A DNA stretch of 53,701 nucleotides from a bacterium (lineage in GTDB: Bacteria > CLD3 > SB21). The notes beneath the pieces are model-generated. The model searched no databases. It was not told the origin of the DNA and saw only the letters and a list, made by a program, of their open reading frames with translations. Within the stretch, counting starts at the first letter, position 1. Every line of letters begins with the position of its first letter. The DNA lies in assembly GCA_013359335.1 (NCBI GenBank), contig JABWBZ010000001.1, positions 1 to 53,701 of the forward strand. Direction: 5' to 3'. This document shows, one piece after another, positions 10,496 to 18,596 of the stretch. The translations under genes were made by a program, and so were the position numbers.

Positions 10496-10514
10496 CCCCG
10501 AAACAAGTTCGGGG
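10496..10514 (-). terminator. Hairpin downstream of hutI, a weak intrinsic terminator candidate
   Basis: CCCCGAA-acaag-TTCGGGG, followed on the minus strand by TTTGTT. It lies 19 nt after the hutI stop. Confidence 0.4.
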
Positions 10515-10532
10515 TGACGTGTGCCTGAGAGA

Positions 10533-11750
10533 TCAAAAAACCATTCGTCCGTTTTTAATAACGTGCTCGACGTGATTCTGTCCGAAATGATACGGTATAT
10601 ATTTATAATTGGGCACACTAAATAAAACCAAATCGGCTTTGCAGCCGGGTTGAATATTGCCGATGTCAGTGCGATCCAGCGATTTGGCCGCATTGAGCGT
10701 GACGCCCTGGATAACTTCTGCGGGCGACATTTTCATCTGCGTGCATGCAATGGACATAATGAGCTGCAAATGTTGTGTCATGGACGAACCGGGATTAAAG
10801 TCTGTCGCAAGCGCAACCGGAATTCCTGCTTCGATCAGTTTCCGTGCCGGCGGGTATTGCATGTTCAGAAAAAACGAACAGCCCGGCAAAAGCCCCGCCA
10901 CTGTTTTGGAATTTTTTAAAGCGTCGATGCCGCGATCGGAAATATGTTCAAGATGATCGGCGGAAACGGCGCCCATCTCCGCGCACAATTCCGCGCCGCC
11001 GGTATGAGTCAGTTGATCCGCATGAAGCTTCAGTTTCAATCCGTATTGTTCGGCCGCCTCGAAAATCCGCCGGGTCTCGTCGATGGTAAATACATTCGCC
11101 TCGCAAAACGCATCGCAGAATTCGGCTAATTTTTTTTCAGCGACGGCCGGAATCATTTCGTCACAAACAAGTTTGACGTAATCGTCGCGCTTGGGCTTGT
11201 ATTCCGGCGGAACGCTGTGCGCCCCTAAAAAAGTTGCATGAATGTCCATTGGCGTGTGCTCGCGCAGATCGCGAATGACCTCGAGAATTTTGATTTCATC
11301 CGCCAGCGACAAACCGTAACCGCTTTTGATTTCAATCGTCGTGATACCGAAACGCAACGCTTGTACGAGCCTTTTCTTTCCGAGTTGAAGCAGTTCTTCT
11401 TTGGAAGTTTTGCGGGTAGCGCTCATGGTATTTAAAATGCCGCCGCCTTTTTGGGCAATTTCGGCGTACGTCGCGCCGCGTAATTTCATCTCGAATTCAT
11501 CCTCGCGCGAACCGGCAAAAATTGTGTGCGTATGGGAATCGATCAATCCCGGTAAAACGACGAAGTCCGACGCGTCAATGACCGTGGCCGATTCCAGGCC
11601 GAGCTGTTTCTCATCGCCGACGTGAATAATTTTTGAACCGGCGCACGCGACCGAGACGTTTTCGAAAGTTTTAAATTGTCCCTGATCGAACGTGACGACC
11701 TGGCGCGCATTCCGAATGAGTAAATCCGTTTTCATGGAGAACCGTTCCAT
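10533..11750 (-). CDS. hutI: Imidazolonepropionase
   Basis: 405-aa amidohydrolase with LPGLIDSHTHTIFAGSR, YAEIAQKGGGI, KLHADQL and ATDFNPGSS, matching HutI family motifs. The alternative start MKTDLL lies 15 nt downstream. Confidence 0.85.
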   Translation of the reverse strand: MERFSMKTDLLIRNARQVVTFDQGQFKTFENVSVACAGSKIIHVGDEKQLGLESATVIDASDFVVLPGLIDSHTHTIFAGSREDEFEMKLRGATYAEIAQKGGGILNTMSATRKTSKEELLQLGKKRLVQALRFGITTIEIKSGYGLSLADEIKILEVIRDLREHTPMDIHATFLGAHSVPPEYKPKRDDYVKLVCDEMIPAVAEKKLAEFCDAFCEANVFTIDETRRIFEAAEQYGLKLKLHADQLTHTGGAELCAEMGAVSADHLEHISDRGIDALKNSKTVAGLLPGCSFFLNMQYPPARKLIEAGIPVALATDFNPGSSMTQHLQLIMSIACTQMKMSPAEVIQGVTLNAAKSLDRTDIGNIQPGCKADLVLFSVPNYKYIPYHFGQNHVEHVIKNGRMVF

Positions 11751-11811
11751 TAGGTTGGCTGCGCAAATTACACAAAAAGCTCAATCGGCGCAATGAAGAT
11801 TTTGGGGTTCA

Positions 11812-11837
11812 TAGCTCCGCGTTTAAACGCGGAGCTA
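11812..11837. repeat. Perfect 26-nt palindrome in the divergent hutI / lipoprotein intergenic region
   Basis: TAGCTCCGCG-TTTAAA-CGCGGAGCTA has 10-bp arms and a central TTTAAA that is itself palindromic. Neither flanking gene ends here, so it is not a simple terminator. Confidence 0.9.
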
Positions 11838-11860
11838 GAATAATCTAAAGAAAAATTTTC

Positions 11861-11889
11861 TTGCTTTTCGGGACTTCGCGCTATATATT
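11861..11889 (+). promoter_or_regulatory. Putative sigma70-type promoter of the Met-rich lipoprotein gene
   Basis: TTGCTT (11861-11866), a 17-nt spacer, then TATATT (11884-11889). This would give a leader of about 120 nt. Confidence 0.4.
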
Positions 11890-12015
11890 TGCACCGAAAT
11901 TAAGCCCTAAATTAATGTTTTTAAACCCTCAAAACACACTAAGTTAAAAACCCAATTCGGTAAGGTAGGTTTGTGTGTTTGGTACCCTTATCGAAGTAAC
12001 TCTAAGGAGAGTAAG

Positions 12016-12564
12016 ATGTTAAAGCGAATCGTATTATCCGTGATGGCCCTTTCGTTGGCCGCTTTTGTGTTGATCGGCTGCGGCGGTCCTCCGAAAGAAG
12101 ATATGGACAAAGCGACGATGGCGATGAAAAAAGCCGTTGAAGCCAAAGCCGATATGTATGCCAAAGACATGTATGAAGCCGGCGACAAAGCGATGAAAGA
12201 AGGCGCTGAGTTGGTCAAGAAAAATGAATTTGACAAAGCCAAAGCCAAATACATGGAAGCTACGAAACAATTCGACGCTGCCGCTAAAGCCGCTCCGGAT
12301 GCGATGAATGCCATGAAAGCCGAAGTCGAAAAAATGATTGCCGATTTCGAAACTGCCTGGACTGCCGGTGAAAAAGACATGATGAAGAAAATGGGTATGG
12401 CGAAAAAAGACGACAAAGCCAAAATGGACAAAATGATGACCGATGCCAAAGCCAAATTGGCCGAAGCGAAAGAAAAAGCGACTGCTGGCGATTACGTAGC
12501 GGCTAAAGCTGCGATCGAAGAAGCCGGTAAAATGCACATGGAAATGATGCCTGCTAAGAAGTAA
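12016..12564 (+). CDS. Met/Lys/Ala-rich helical lipoprotein (DUF4398-like)
   Basis: AAGGAGAG lies 6 nt before the ATG at 12016. The signal peptide MLKRIVLSVMALSLAAFVLIGC has a lipobox. The pattern ADMYAKDMYEAGDKAMKEGAELVKKNEFDKAKAKYMEA resembles DUF4398 helical hairpins. A strong terminator follows. The upstream extension in the ORF track (11971) lacks an RBS. Confidence 0.8.
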   Translation: MLKRIVLSVMALSLAAFVLIGCGGPPKEDMDKATMAMKKAVEAKADMYAKDMYEAGDKAMKEGAELVKKNEFDKAKAKYMEATKQFDAAAKAAPDAMNAMKAEVEKMIADFETAWTAGEKDMMKKMGMAKKDDKAKMDKMMTDAKAKLAEAKEKATAGDYVAAKAAIEEAGKMHMEMMPAKK

Positions 12565-12589
12565 TTCTTCAGCAAGCTTAAGCTTCAAA

Positions 12590-12619
12590 CCCCGAAGATA
12601 ACCTCTTCGGGGTTTTTTT
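12590..12619 (+). terminator. Rho-independent terminator
   Basis: CCCCGAAG-ataacct-CTTCGGGG followed by TTTTTTT, 26 nt after the stop codon. Confidence 0.85.
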
Positions 12620-12732
12620 ATACAAAAATCGATCTACATACAATTTTAAGTGAGCGTACATTTTTTTTAGAAAAAGTTAGGATTGTTGTTGTATATTTTG
12701 CTTCAAGAGTACCAGCCGCATTCTGAACCGCT

Positions 12733-13539
12733 ATGAACTTAATCATTTTTACAGATTTAGACGGTTCGCTGCTCGACAGCGAGGATTATTCTTTTGAAGA
12801 TGCAAAACAAGCTTTAGATCTTTTACATCAAAAAAATATTCCGCTGATCCTATGCACCAGCAAAACGCGCGTTGAAGTTGAACAGATCAGAAAAAATCTG
12901 GGTATTCGCCATCCATTTATTGTTGAAAACGGCGGCGGGATTTTTTTTGAGAGTGATCAGGATTTTAAGATAGAAGGTGCGAGGAAAACGGGCGATTTTT
13001 TTGTGATTCAACTCGGCGAAAGTTACAGCGTCATTCGCAGTTTTGTTGAAAAAAATAAAACACGATTTTCGATCGAAGGGTTTGGAGATTGGCCGGTGGG
13101 GCGGATATGCGAACTGACAGGCCTGAGCCGCGAAGAAGCTGCGCTTGCGCGTGAACGCGAATTCACAGAGCCTTTTCTTCTAAAAAATGAAAATGACTTG
13201 CCGGCGCTCGAAAAAGAAGCGAACCGCGCCAATCTCAAAATCGCACAAGGCGGGCGATTTTTTCATTTGATAGGAAAAGAGCAGGATAAAGGCCGCGCAG
13301 TAGAAATGGTCAAAAGAATTTACAAAAAAAATTCAGGAAATATTTTTTCGATAGGGCTTGGCGACAGTGGCAATGACAGAAGTATGTTGCAAGCGGTCGA
13401 TATTCCGGTTTTGATTCCACATCCTGAAGGCAATTTCATTTCATTTACGCACCCGCAATTAGTCAAAGCGAGGTATCCGGGAAGTAAAGGCTGGAATGAA
13501 GCCCTGCTCAGAGTTTTGAACGGCCTAAATATAATTTAG
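12733..13539 (+). CDS. HAD-IIB phosphatase of the mannosyl-/glucosyl-3-phosphoglycerate phosphatase (MpgP/YedP) family
   Basis: 268-aa ORF with HAD motif I FTDLDGSLL, motif II CTSKT and motif IV GDSGNDRSML. Length and N-terminus resemble MpgP-family proteins. The substrate is not determinable by eye. Confidence 0.7.
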   Translation: MNLIIFTDLDGSLLDSEDYSFEDAKQALDLLHQKNIPLILCTSKTRVEVEQIRKNLGIRHPFIVENGGGIFFESDQDFKIEGARKTGDFFVIQLGESYSVIRSFVEKNKTRFSIEGFGDWPVGRICELTGLSREEAALAREREFTEPFLLKNENDLPALEKEANRANLKIAQGGRFFHLIGKEQDKGRAVEMVKRIYKKNSGNIFSIGLGDSGNDRSMLQAVDIPVLIPHPEGNFISFTHPQLVKARYPGSKGWNEALLRVLNGLNII

Positions 13540-14225
13540 AGATGTTCGATACCGTCTTTTTCACCGCTTAAACGTTGCTTCAAATAAGTTTTAGCCTGAT
13601 CTTGTCCGCCTAATCCAAAAGCCAAAGCCAACGCCAAAACAATTCCGCCAAAGGTGATCGTATACGTGATGATCACAGTGTCCTTGCCGATTCCCAATTG
13701 TTCCATTGCCACGGTGAGCGCAAAGAAAAAGATTCCGTATTTCACGAATTGACCGATCAGGCCGGCCGATTTGATGCCGGCATTGACGGCTGTAATCAGA
13801 ACCGTGCGCCGCAAAAAATTGGCCATCAGATAACCCAGCAGCATGATCAAGATCGCCGTAAACACTTGCGGAAGATACAATACAAAACGTTCGATCAGGA
13901 TTTCCATGGGCGTCAGCCTGAGGGCTTTTACGGCAATCAGCGTGAACATGATGAAAACGATCCAGCCGATAACGCCGGAAATAAATTTTGAAAAAGGATC
14001 GCGGATGCCGCCCCGGTAAAGCAGCGTCGGGATATCTAATCGTTGCGCCAGGACGTCTAACTTGGTAAATGCAAGGAGGCGAGGCAGTTGCTTCGCAATA
14101 AAAAGGCTGACCAAAGCACCGATAATAAAAATACAAAGAGCGGACGTTAGCTGCGGCAAGTATCCCATAAAATCATTGAAAAAAACCCGAAAGGGTTCGA
14201 CGAATAATTCTTTCAGTACATCCAT
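13536..14225 (-). CDS. Polytopic membrane protein with conserved TM-helix repeats (CmpX / MscS-N-terminal-like)
   Basis: 229-aa ORF with about 5-6 TM segments and a repeated pattern of a hydrophobic helix followed by basic residues. It resembles the PF05552 TM_helix family as I recall it. Its stop overlaps the convergent phosphatase stop by 4 nt. Confidence 0.45.
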   Translation of the reverse strand: MDVLKELFVEPFRVFFNDFMGYLPQLTSALCIFIIGALVSLFIAKQLPRLLAFTKLDVLAQRLDIPTLLYRGGIRDPFSKFISGVIGWIVFIMFTLIAVKALRLTPMEILIERFVLYLPQVFTAILIMLLGYLMANFLRRTVLITAVNAGIKSAGLIGQFVKYGIFFFALTVAMEQLGIGKDTVIITYTITFGGIVLALALAFGLGGQDQAKTYLKQRLSGEKDGIEHL

Positions 14226-14241
14226 AATACACCTCCGGAAT

Positions 14242-15504
14242 TTATGACCAGATTTCTCTTAAGAAGTTTTTTTCGTTCTCAAAAGCGTTACAAAGCTGTT
14301 CGATTTTATTTTCCACTTCATCTGCACCGCTGCTCCATACATCAAGAATAAACGAGGCTGTCCGCCCGAGATAAAGCGGCGTCAGCGATTTCAGGATATG
14401 TTCTTTGTGAATAATTTTCTTGTGATAAGCGGCGGCAAAACTGTAAATGATCCGCGCCCAGATTTCATCGGAAATTGAAAAAGGGTGATTGGAGTCGTAT
14501 TGCCGTTTGATTAACGTCGCAATGATATCTTCCGGTAAAAAAAGCGCCCAGATATCCTTCAGATCTTTCACGCCAAGTTGAAATTTTTCAATCAACCGGT
14601 CGACATTCACGGGTACCGGCTCAAGACCCACTGCGTAATGAAAACCAAAAGTCGGAATATCGATTGTATGTTGTACCGGCGACCATCGATCATGATATTC
14701 TTCCATCAATTCAAAACATGAACCGACCACTTGCGATAGCATCGCGCTCAGATCGGTTCCGGGATCTTTTGCATCGTGGATTTTTGCGCCAAGATAAACC
14801 TGGCATACTTTAAAATGATTGGCGATGGCTGTAGTGGTCATCCAGATGTCGATGCCGAAACGCGCAACGTCGGTTCCCCAAACGTCTTTCGATAAATAAT
14901 ACTTAGCCAGATTACCGGAAAAGCCAAATTCTCCGCCGATCGGCTGGCGGATTTTTTGACCGTACAACGCGCGGGTCATCGGATAAATAATGCCATTGGT
15001 GATCGTACCGTCAAACTTATGCCGTTGATACAGCGGAGCGACGTAATCAAAACCTGAATTCAAAACCGGTTTCAATAAAAGTTCGATCCATTCAGGCGTG
15101 ATACTCCGCAAATCCGAATCGACGACGCAACTGGCTTTTACATTTAGACGTTCGGCGGCTTCAAAAATGGTGCGAAACGCGCTGCCTTTACCTGGGATTC
15201 CGGGATAAGGCGTCGTGATTTTAAAAAACGCGGGCAAATGCTGCGTTAAAAGAATCGTGTGCAGGTTTTCATCCGCCGAATTTTTGACGACGTCCATGGT
15301 TCCGTCCGTGGATCCGCCGTCGGAATTCAACAGCACGGATTTCATATCGGGAAAATATTTAGCCAAACCGGCGCGGACAGCGCGGACGACGTGGCCGATG
15401 GTTTTGGAATTGTTGAAGCTCGGAATGCCTATCAGAATATCGGCTTCACGAATCTGCTCGATTTGAGCCACGACTTCTTTATCCAGCACGATGTATAACC
15501 TCAA
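14242..15504 (-). CDS. GT-A retaining glycosyltransferase, GpgS (GT81)-like
   Basis: 420-aa ORF. The motif series follows the order I recall for GT81 glucosyl-3-phosphoglycerate synthase: IGIPSFNN, NSDGGSTDGT, PGKGSAF, VDSDL (DxD), QPIGGEFGF, FGIDIWM. Confidence 0.55.
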   Translation of the reverse strand: MRLYIVLDKEVVAQIEQIREADILIGIPSFNNSKTIGHVVRAVRAGLAKYFPDMKSVLLNSDGGSTDGTMDVVKNSADENLHTILLTQHLPAFFKITTPYPGIPGKGSAFRTIFEAAERLNVKASCVVDSDLRSITPEWIELLLKPVLNSGFDYVAPLYQRHKFDGTITNGIIYPMTRALYGQKIRQPIGGEFGFSGNLAKYYLSKDVWGTDVARFGIDIWMTTTAIANHFKVCQVYLGAKIHDAKDPGTDLSAMLSQVVGSCFELMEEYHDRWSPVQHTIDIPTFGFHYAVGLEPVPVNVDRLIEKFQLGVKDLKDIWALFLPEDIIATLIKRQYDSNHPFSISDEIWARIIYSFAAAYHKKIIHKEHILKSLTPLYLGRTASFILDVWSSGADEVENKIEQLCNAFENEKNFLREIWS

Positions 15505-15666
15505 GATTGAAATTAGAAACGATTATTAAAAAACTTATTTAAAAAACGTTATAACTGCAACCCATTTTGCCTGTTTAAAAAAACAATCTTTAATTGCATT
15601 AGACGTTAAAATTTTGTATTAAAATTTATAACCAATTCTTATTTAAAGAACTTAATTCGAAAAATC

Positions 15667-16893
15667 ATGGCGGATTTTTTTCAAAACGGAAGTATCGCCA
15701 CGCTTCAAAAGCTGACCGCAAGACCGGTCGAGGCGCTTGAAGAAGAGTTGGTGGTTTTTTCAAAACAAAAAAATGCTGTACTGCTTCTGCCGTCGCTTTA
15801 CTCGGAATTTGAAGGGCCGGCGATGCCGCGAATTATTGAAGAACTAAAGAAAGTTCATTATCTCCGGCGGATCGTGTTGTCGCTGGATCGGGCGAATGAA
15901 GAACAGTTTAAAAAAGTAAAATCGCTGATGTCGGCACTGCCGGTCGAAGTGAAAATTCTTTGGCATAACGGCCCGCGATTGGCTGAGCTGTACAAAAAAT
16001 TGGAAGATTCCGGATTTACAATCGGACCGCAGGGAAAAGACCGGTCGGTGTGGATGACGCTATTATACATTCTCGCGGATGAAAGCGTCGATATCATTGC
16101 ATTGCATGATTGCGATATTGTGAATTATACGCGGGAATTGCCCGCGCGATTGATTTATCCGCTGGCGCATCCGGCGCTGCCTTTTGAATTCAGCAAAGGC
16201 TATTATGCGCGCGTAACCGACCGGCTGTACGGCAGAGTCTGCCGTTTATTTTATACACCGCTGATCCGTGCTTTGAAAAAAATTCTCGGCTTCAATGTAT
16301 TTCTTGAAATGCTGGACAGTTTCCGTTATCCGCTTTCCGGGGAATTTGCTTTTGTACGAACTTTGGCGACGGGCATCCGGATTTCACCGACCTGGGGTTT
16401 GGAAGTTTCGATGCTGAGCGAAGTCTATCAAAATACCTCCGTGAACCGGATCTGCCAGGTCGAAATTATGGATACCTATGAACATAAACACCAAAAGCTT
16501 CGCCGCGACAGTCCTAATGAAGGTCTTGGCCGAATGGCGGATGAAATTGCCAAAACTTTATTCAGGGTATTGGCCCAGGACGGTATCGTGATGTCGCGTG
16601 CGTTTTTCTCAACGCTGATGACGACGTATATACAGGAATCGCGTAAAGCAGTTGAAAATTATCATGCGCTGTCGCTGATCAATGGTCTGGAATACGACCG
16701 CAATATGGAAATCATGGCCGTCGAAGCTTTCATCGACGCGTTACGGTTGGCGGAGAAGGAATTTACCGATGATCCGATCGGCGTGCCCATGTTGCCGGCT
16801 TATGTTAGGGTTGTGGCGGCGCTTTACGATTTTTCTAATAAATTGGCCACGATCGTCGACAGCGACAATACCTCTCTTTTAAGCGAACTATAA
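15667..16893 (+). CDS. GT-A retaining glycosyltransferase, glucosyl-3-phosphoglycerate / mannosylglycerate synthase-like
   Basis: 408-aa ORF with the N-terminus FFQNGSIATLQKL. The following motifs are GKDRSVWM, HDCDIV (DxD), YPLSGEFAF, WGLEVSML and YEHKHQ. This is the same motif order as MGS/GpgS-type enzymes. Confidence 0.55.
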   Translation: MADFFQNGSIATLQKLTARPVEALEEELVVFSKQKNAVLLLPSLYSEFEGPAMPRIIEELKKVHYLRRIVLSLDRANEEQFKKVKSLMSALPVEVKILWHNGPRLAELYKKLEDSGFTIGPQGKDRSVWMTLLYILADESVDIIALHDCDIVNYTRELPARLIYPLAHPALPFEFSKGYYARVTDRLYGRVCRLFYTPLIRALKKILGFNVFLEMLDSFRYPLSGEFAFVRTLATGIRISPTWGLEVSMLSEVYQNTSVNRICQVEIMDTYEHKHQKLRRDSPNEGLGRMADEIAKTLFRVLAQDGIVMSRAFFSTLMTTYIQESRKAVENYHALSLINGLEYDRNMEIMAVEAFIDALRLAEKEFTDDPIGVPMLPAYVRVVAALYDFSNKLATIVDSDNTSLLSEL

Positions 16894-16902
16894 AATTTTA
16901 AT

Positions 16903-18516
16903 ATGAATCCCATTGATTGGTTGATTGTTGGGAGTTATATACTGGCGATCATATTGATAAGCGTGTATGTAGGCCGATCCCAGCATTCGCAGGAAGATTA
17001 TTATCTTGCCGGACGGTCGATGGCGTCGTGGAAAATAGCGCTGTCGGTCATGGCCACGCAGGTCAGCGCTATCAGCCTGATCGGCGCTCCGGCTTTCATC
17101 GCGCTCAAAATCGGCGGCGGTTTGGTGTGGCTTCAGTACGAATTGGCGATCCCGCTGGCGATGGCGCTTATCATGTTTATTCTCTTACCGATTTATCATC
17201 GGTGTCAAGTCATCAGCATCTACGAATATTTAGAAAAACGATTTGGCGGAAAAATCCGAACCCTTGTCAGTCTGACTTTTTTGATCAGCAGGGGACTCGG
17301 GGCCGGCGTGATGCTTTTGGCAACTTCGATTGTTTTAGGCGTGTGCCTGGGATGGGATATTTATACCACGATATTATTGATCGGTTTTATTTCGATCCTA
17401 TACACAACCATCGGCGGAATTGCCGCTGATATTTACAGCGACATCATACAATTGATCGTTTTGTGGGGCAGTTCACTGGCATTGATCGGAATTACAGTTT
17501 CGTTGATTCAATGGGATGCGATCGATTTGACGGTTAAGGAAATTGAACGATTAAATATCATAAATTTTCACGCCACGGGATTTGGCGACGGTCAGACATT
17601 CGGATTTTGGCCGATGCTGATTGGCGGTTTGTTTTTATATTTTTCTTATTACGGATGCGATCAGAGCCAGACCCAGCGGCTTTTGGCGACGCCAACACTC
17701 AAAAAAGCGCAATGGGCGTTATTTTTAAACGGCCTTTTTCGATTTCCATTGGTGCTAACGTATTGCGCTTTCGGACTACTGTTGATTCCATTTTTGCATA
17801 CCAACGAATCGTTTGCCACGATGTTCAAAACATTGCCGCCGGATTACCTGGTGCCCTATTTTCTGCAAAGCTATGTCCCACAAGGTTTTTTGGGAATAGT
17901 AATCGCGGGGATCTGCGCCGCCTCGATGTCAAGCCTCGACAGCACGCTTAATTCACTCAGCGCTTCGACATGGAGAGATATGCTGCTGAAATTTTACAAA
18001 CCGATGGCAACCGTAAGTCATCAGCGTGCGGTAGTTCTATCGCGATACTTGACCGTGATCTGGGGTGTGTTTTGTACGGGATTTGCTATTCTGATGGTTG
18101 GGGGATCGGAGACCGTTTTAGAATTGGTGAATAAGATCGGTTCGGCTTTTTACGGCCCCATTGCCTCGATTTTTGTTTTAGGCATGACATCGCGGCGCAG
18201 CAATGAAACGGGTGCGATAGCCGGTTTGATCGCCGGCGTGGGTATTAACTTATCGCTCTGGCTGTTTTTTGAACATGTTTCATGGCTGTGGTGGAATCCG
18301 ATCGGATTTATGGCAACCTATTTATCGGGTTTTGGAATCAGTTTTATATTGGTAGGGACAAAAGCGTCGCAAAAAATTGAAGACAGTATTCTTAATAAAG
18401 AAGACTTGCGCCTGGGTACCTGGATAAAATTACTATATGTTTTTCTTTTGGCTGCTTTTATTGCGATGATTTTATTTTGTGTACTGATGGAAAATCAATT
18501 AATAAGAATGACGTGA
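16903..18516 (+). CDS. Sodium:solute symporter (SSS family)
   Basis: 537-aa ORF with about 13-14 TM segments. The N-terminus DWLIVGSYILAIILISVYVGR...DYYLAGRSM is typical of SSS family proteins. It starts 10 nt after the upstream glycosyltransferase gene. Confidence 0.8.
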   Translation: MNPIDWLIVGSYILAIILISVYVGRSQHSQEDYYLAGRSMASWKIALSVMATQVSAISLIGAPAFIALKIGGGLVWLQYELAIPLAMALIMFILLPIYHRCQVISIYEYLEKRFGGKIRTLVSLTFLISRGLGAGVMLLATSIVLGVCLGWDIYTTILLIGFISILYTTIGGIAADIYSDIIQLIVLWGSSLALIGITVSLIQWDAIDLTVKEIERLNIINFHATGFGDGQTFGFWPMLIGGLFLYFSYYGCDQSQTQRLLATPTLKKAQWALFLNGLFRFPLVLTYCAFGLLLIPFLHTNESFATMFKTLPPDYLVPYFLQSYVPQGFLGIVIAGICAASMSSLDSTLNSLSASTWRDMLLKFYKPMATVSHQRAVVLSRYLTVIWGVFCTGFAILMVGGSETVLELVNKIGSAFYGPIASIFVLGMTSRRSNETGAIAGLIAGVGINLSLWLFFEHVSWLWWNPIGFMATYLSGFGISFILVGTKASQKIEDSILNKEDLRLGTWIKLLYVFLLAAFIAMILFCVLMENQLIRMT

Positions 18517-18529
18517 GAGGCAGAATTTC

Positions 18530-18558
18530 TTGACATTCCACACCTTCTTCTTTAGATT
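18530..18558 (+). promoter_or_regulatory. Putative sigma70-type promoter of the cytochrome c gene
   Basis: TTGACA (18530-18535), a 17-nt spacer, then TAGATT (18553-18558), 39 nt upstream of the ATG. Confidence 0.5.
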
Positions 18559-18596
18559 GACCAACTAAAAGTGCACCCACATAATTCTGAGGCCCC

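Noticed and set aside
10349-10693. A 114-aa minus-strand ORF bridging the hutI 3' end and the spacer
   Set aside because: It overlaps hutI out of frame and runs through the two hairpins. It has no RBS or recognisable motif.
11988-12588. Two long minus-strand ORFs (155 and 184 aa, His/Phe/Gly-rich) opposite the Met-rich lipoprotein gene
   Set aside because: The repetitive AAA/GCC/ATG codon content of the plus-strand gene keeps the other frames open. Only the plus-strand frame has an SD, a lipoprotein signal peptide and a downstream terminator.
13591-14136. A 181-aa minus-strand ORF overlapping the TM-helix membrane protein in another frame
   Set aside because: Its Arg/His/Pro-rich translation is implausible. 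The other frame gives regular TM helices and fits the flanking gene spacing.
16917-17429. A 170-aa plus-strand ORF starting just inside the symporter gene
   Set aside because: It is an alternative frame of a clear SSS transporter. The product is Arg-rich with no hydrophobic structure, so it is a frame artefact.
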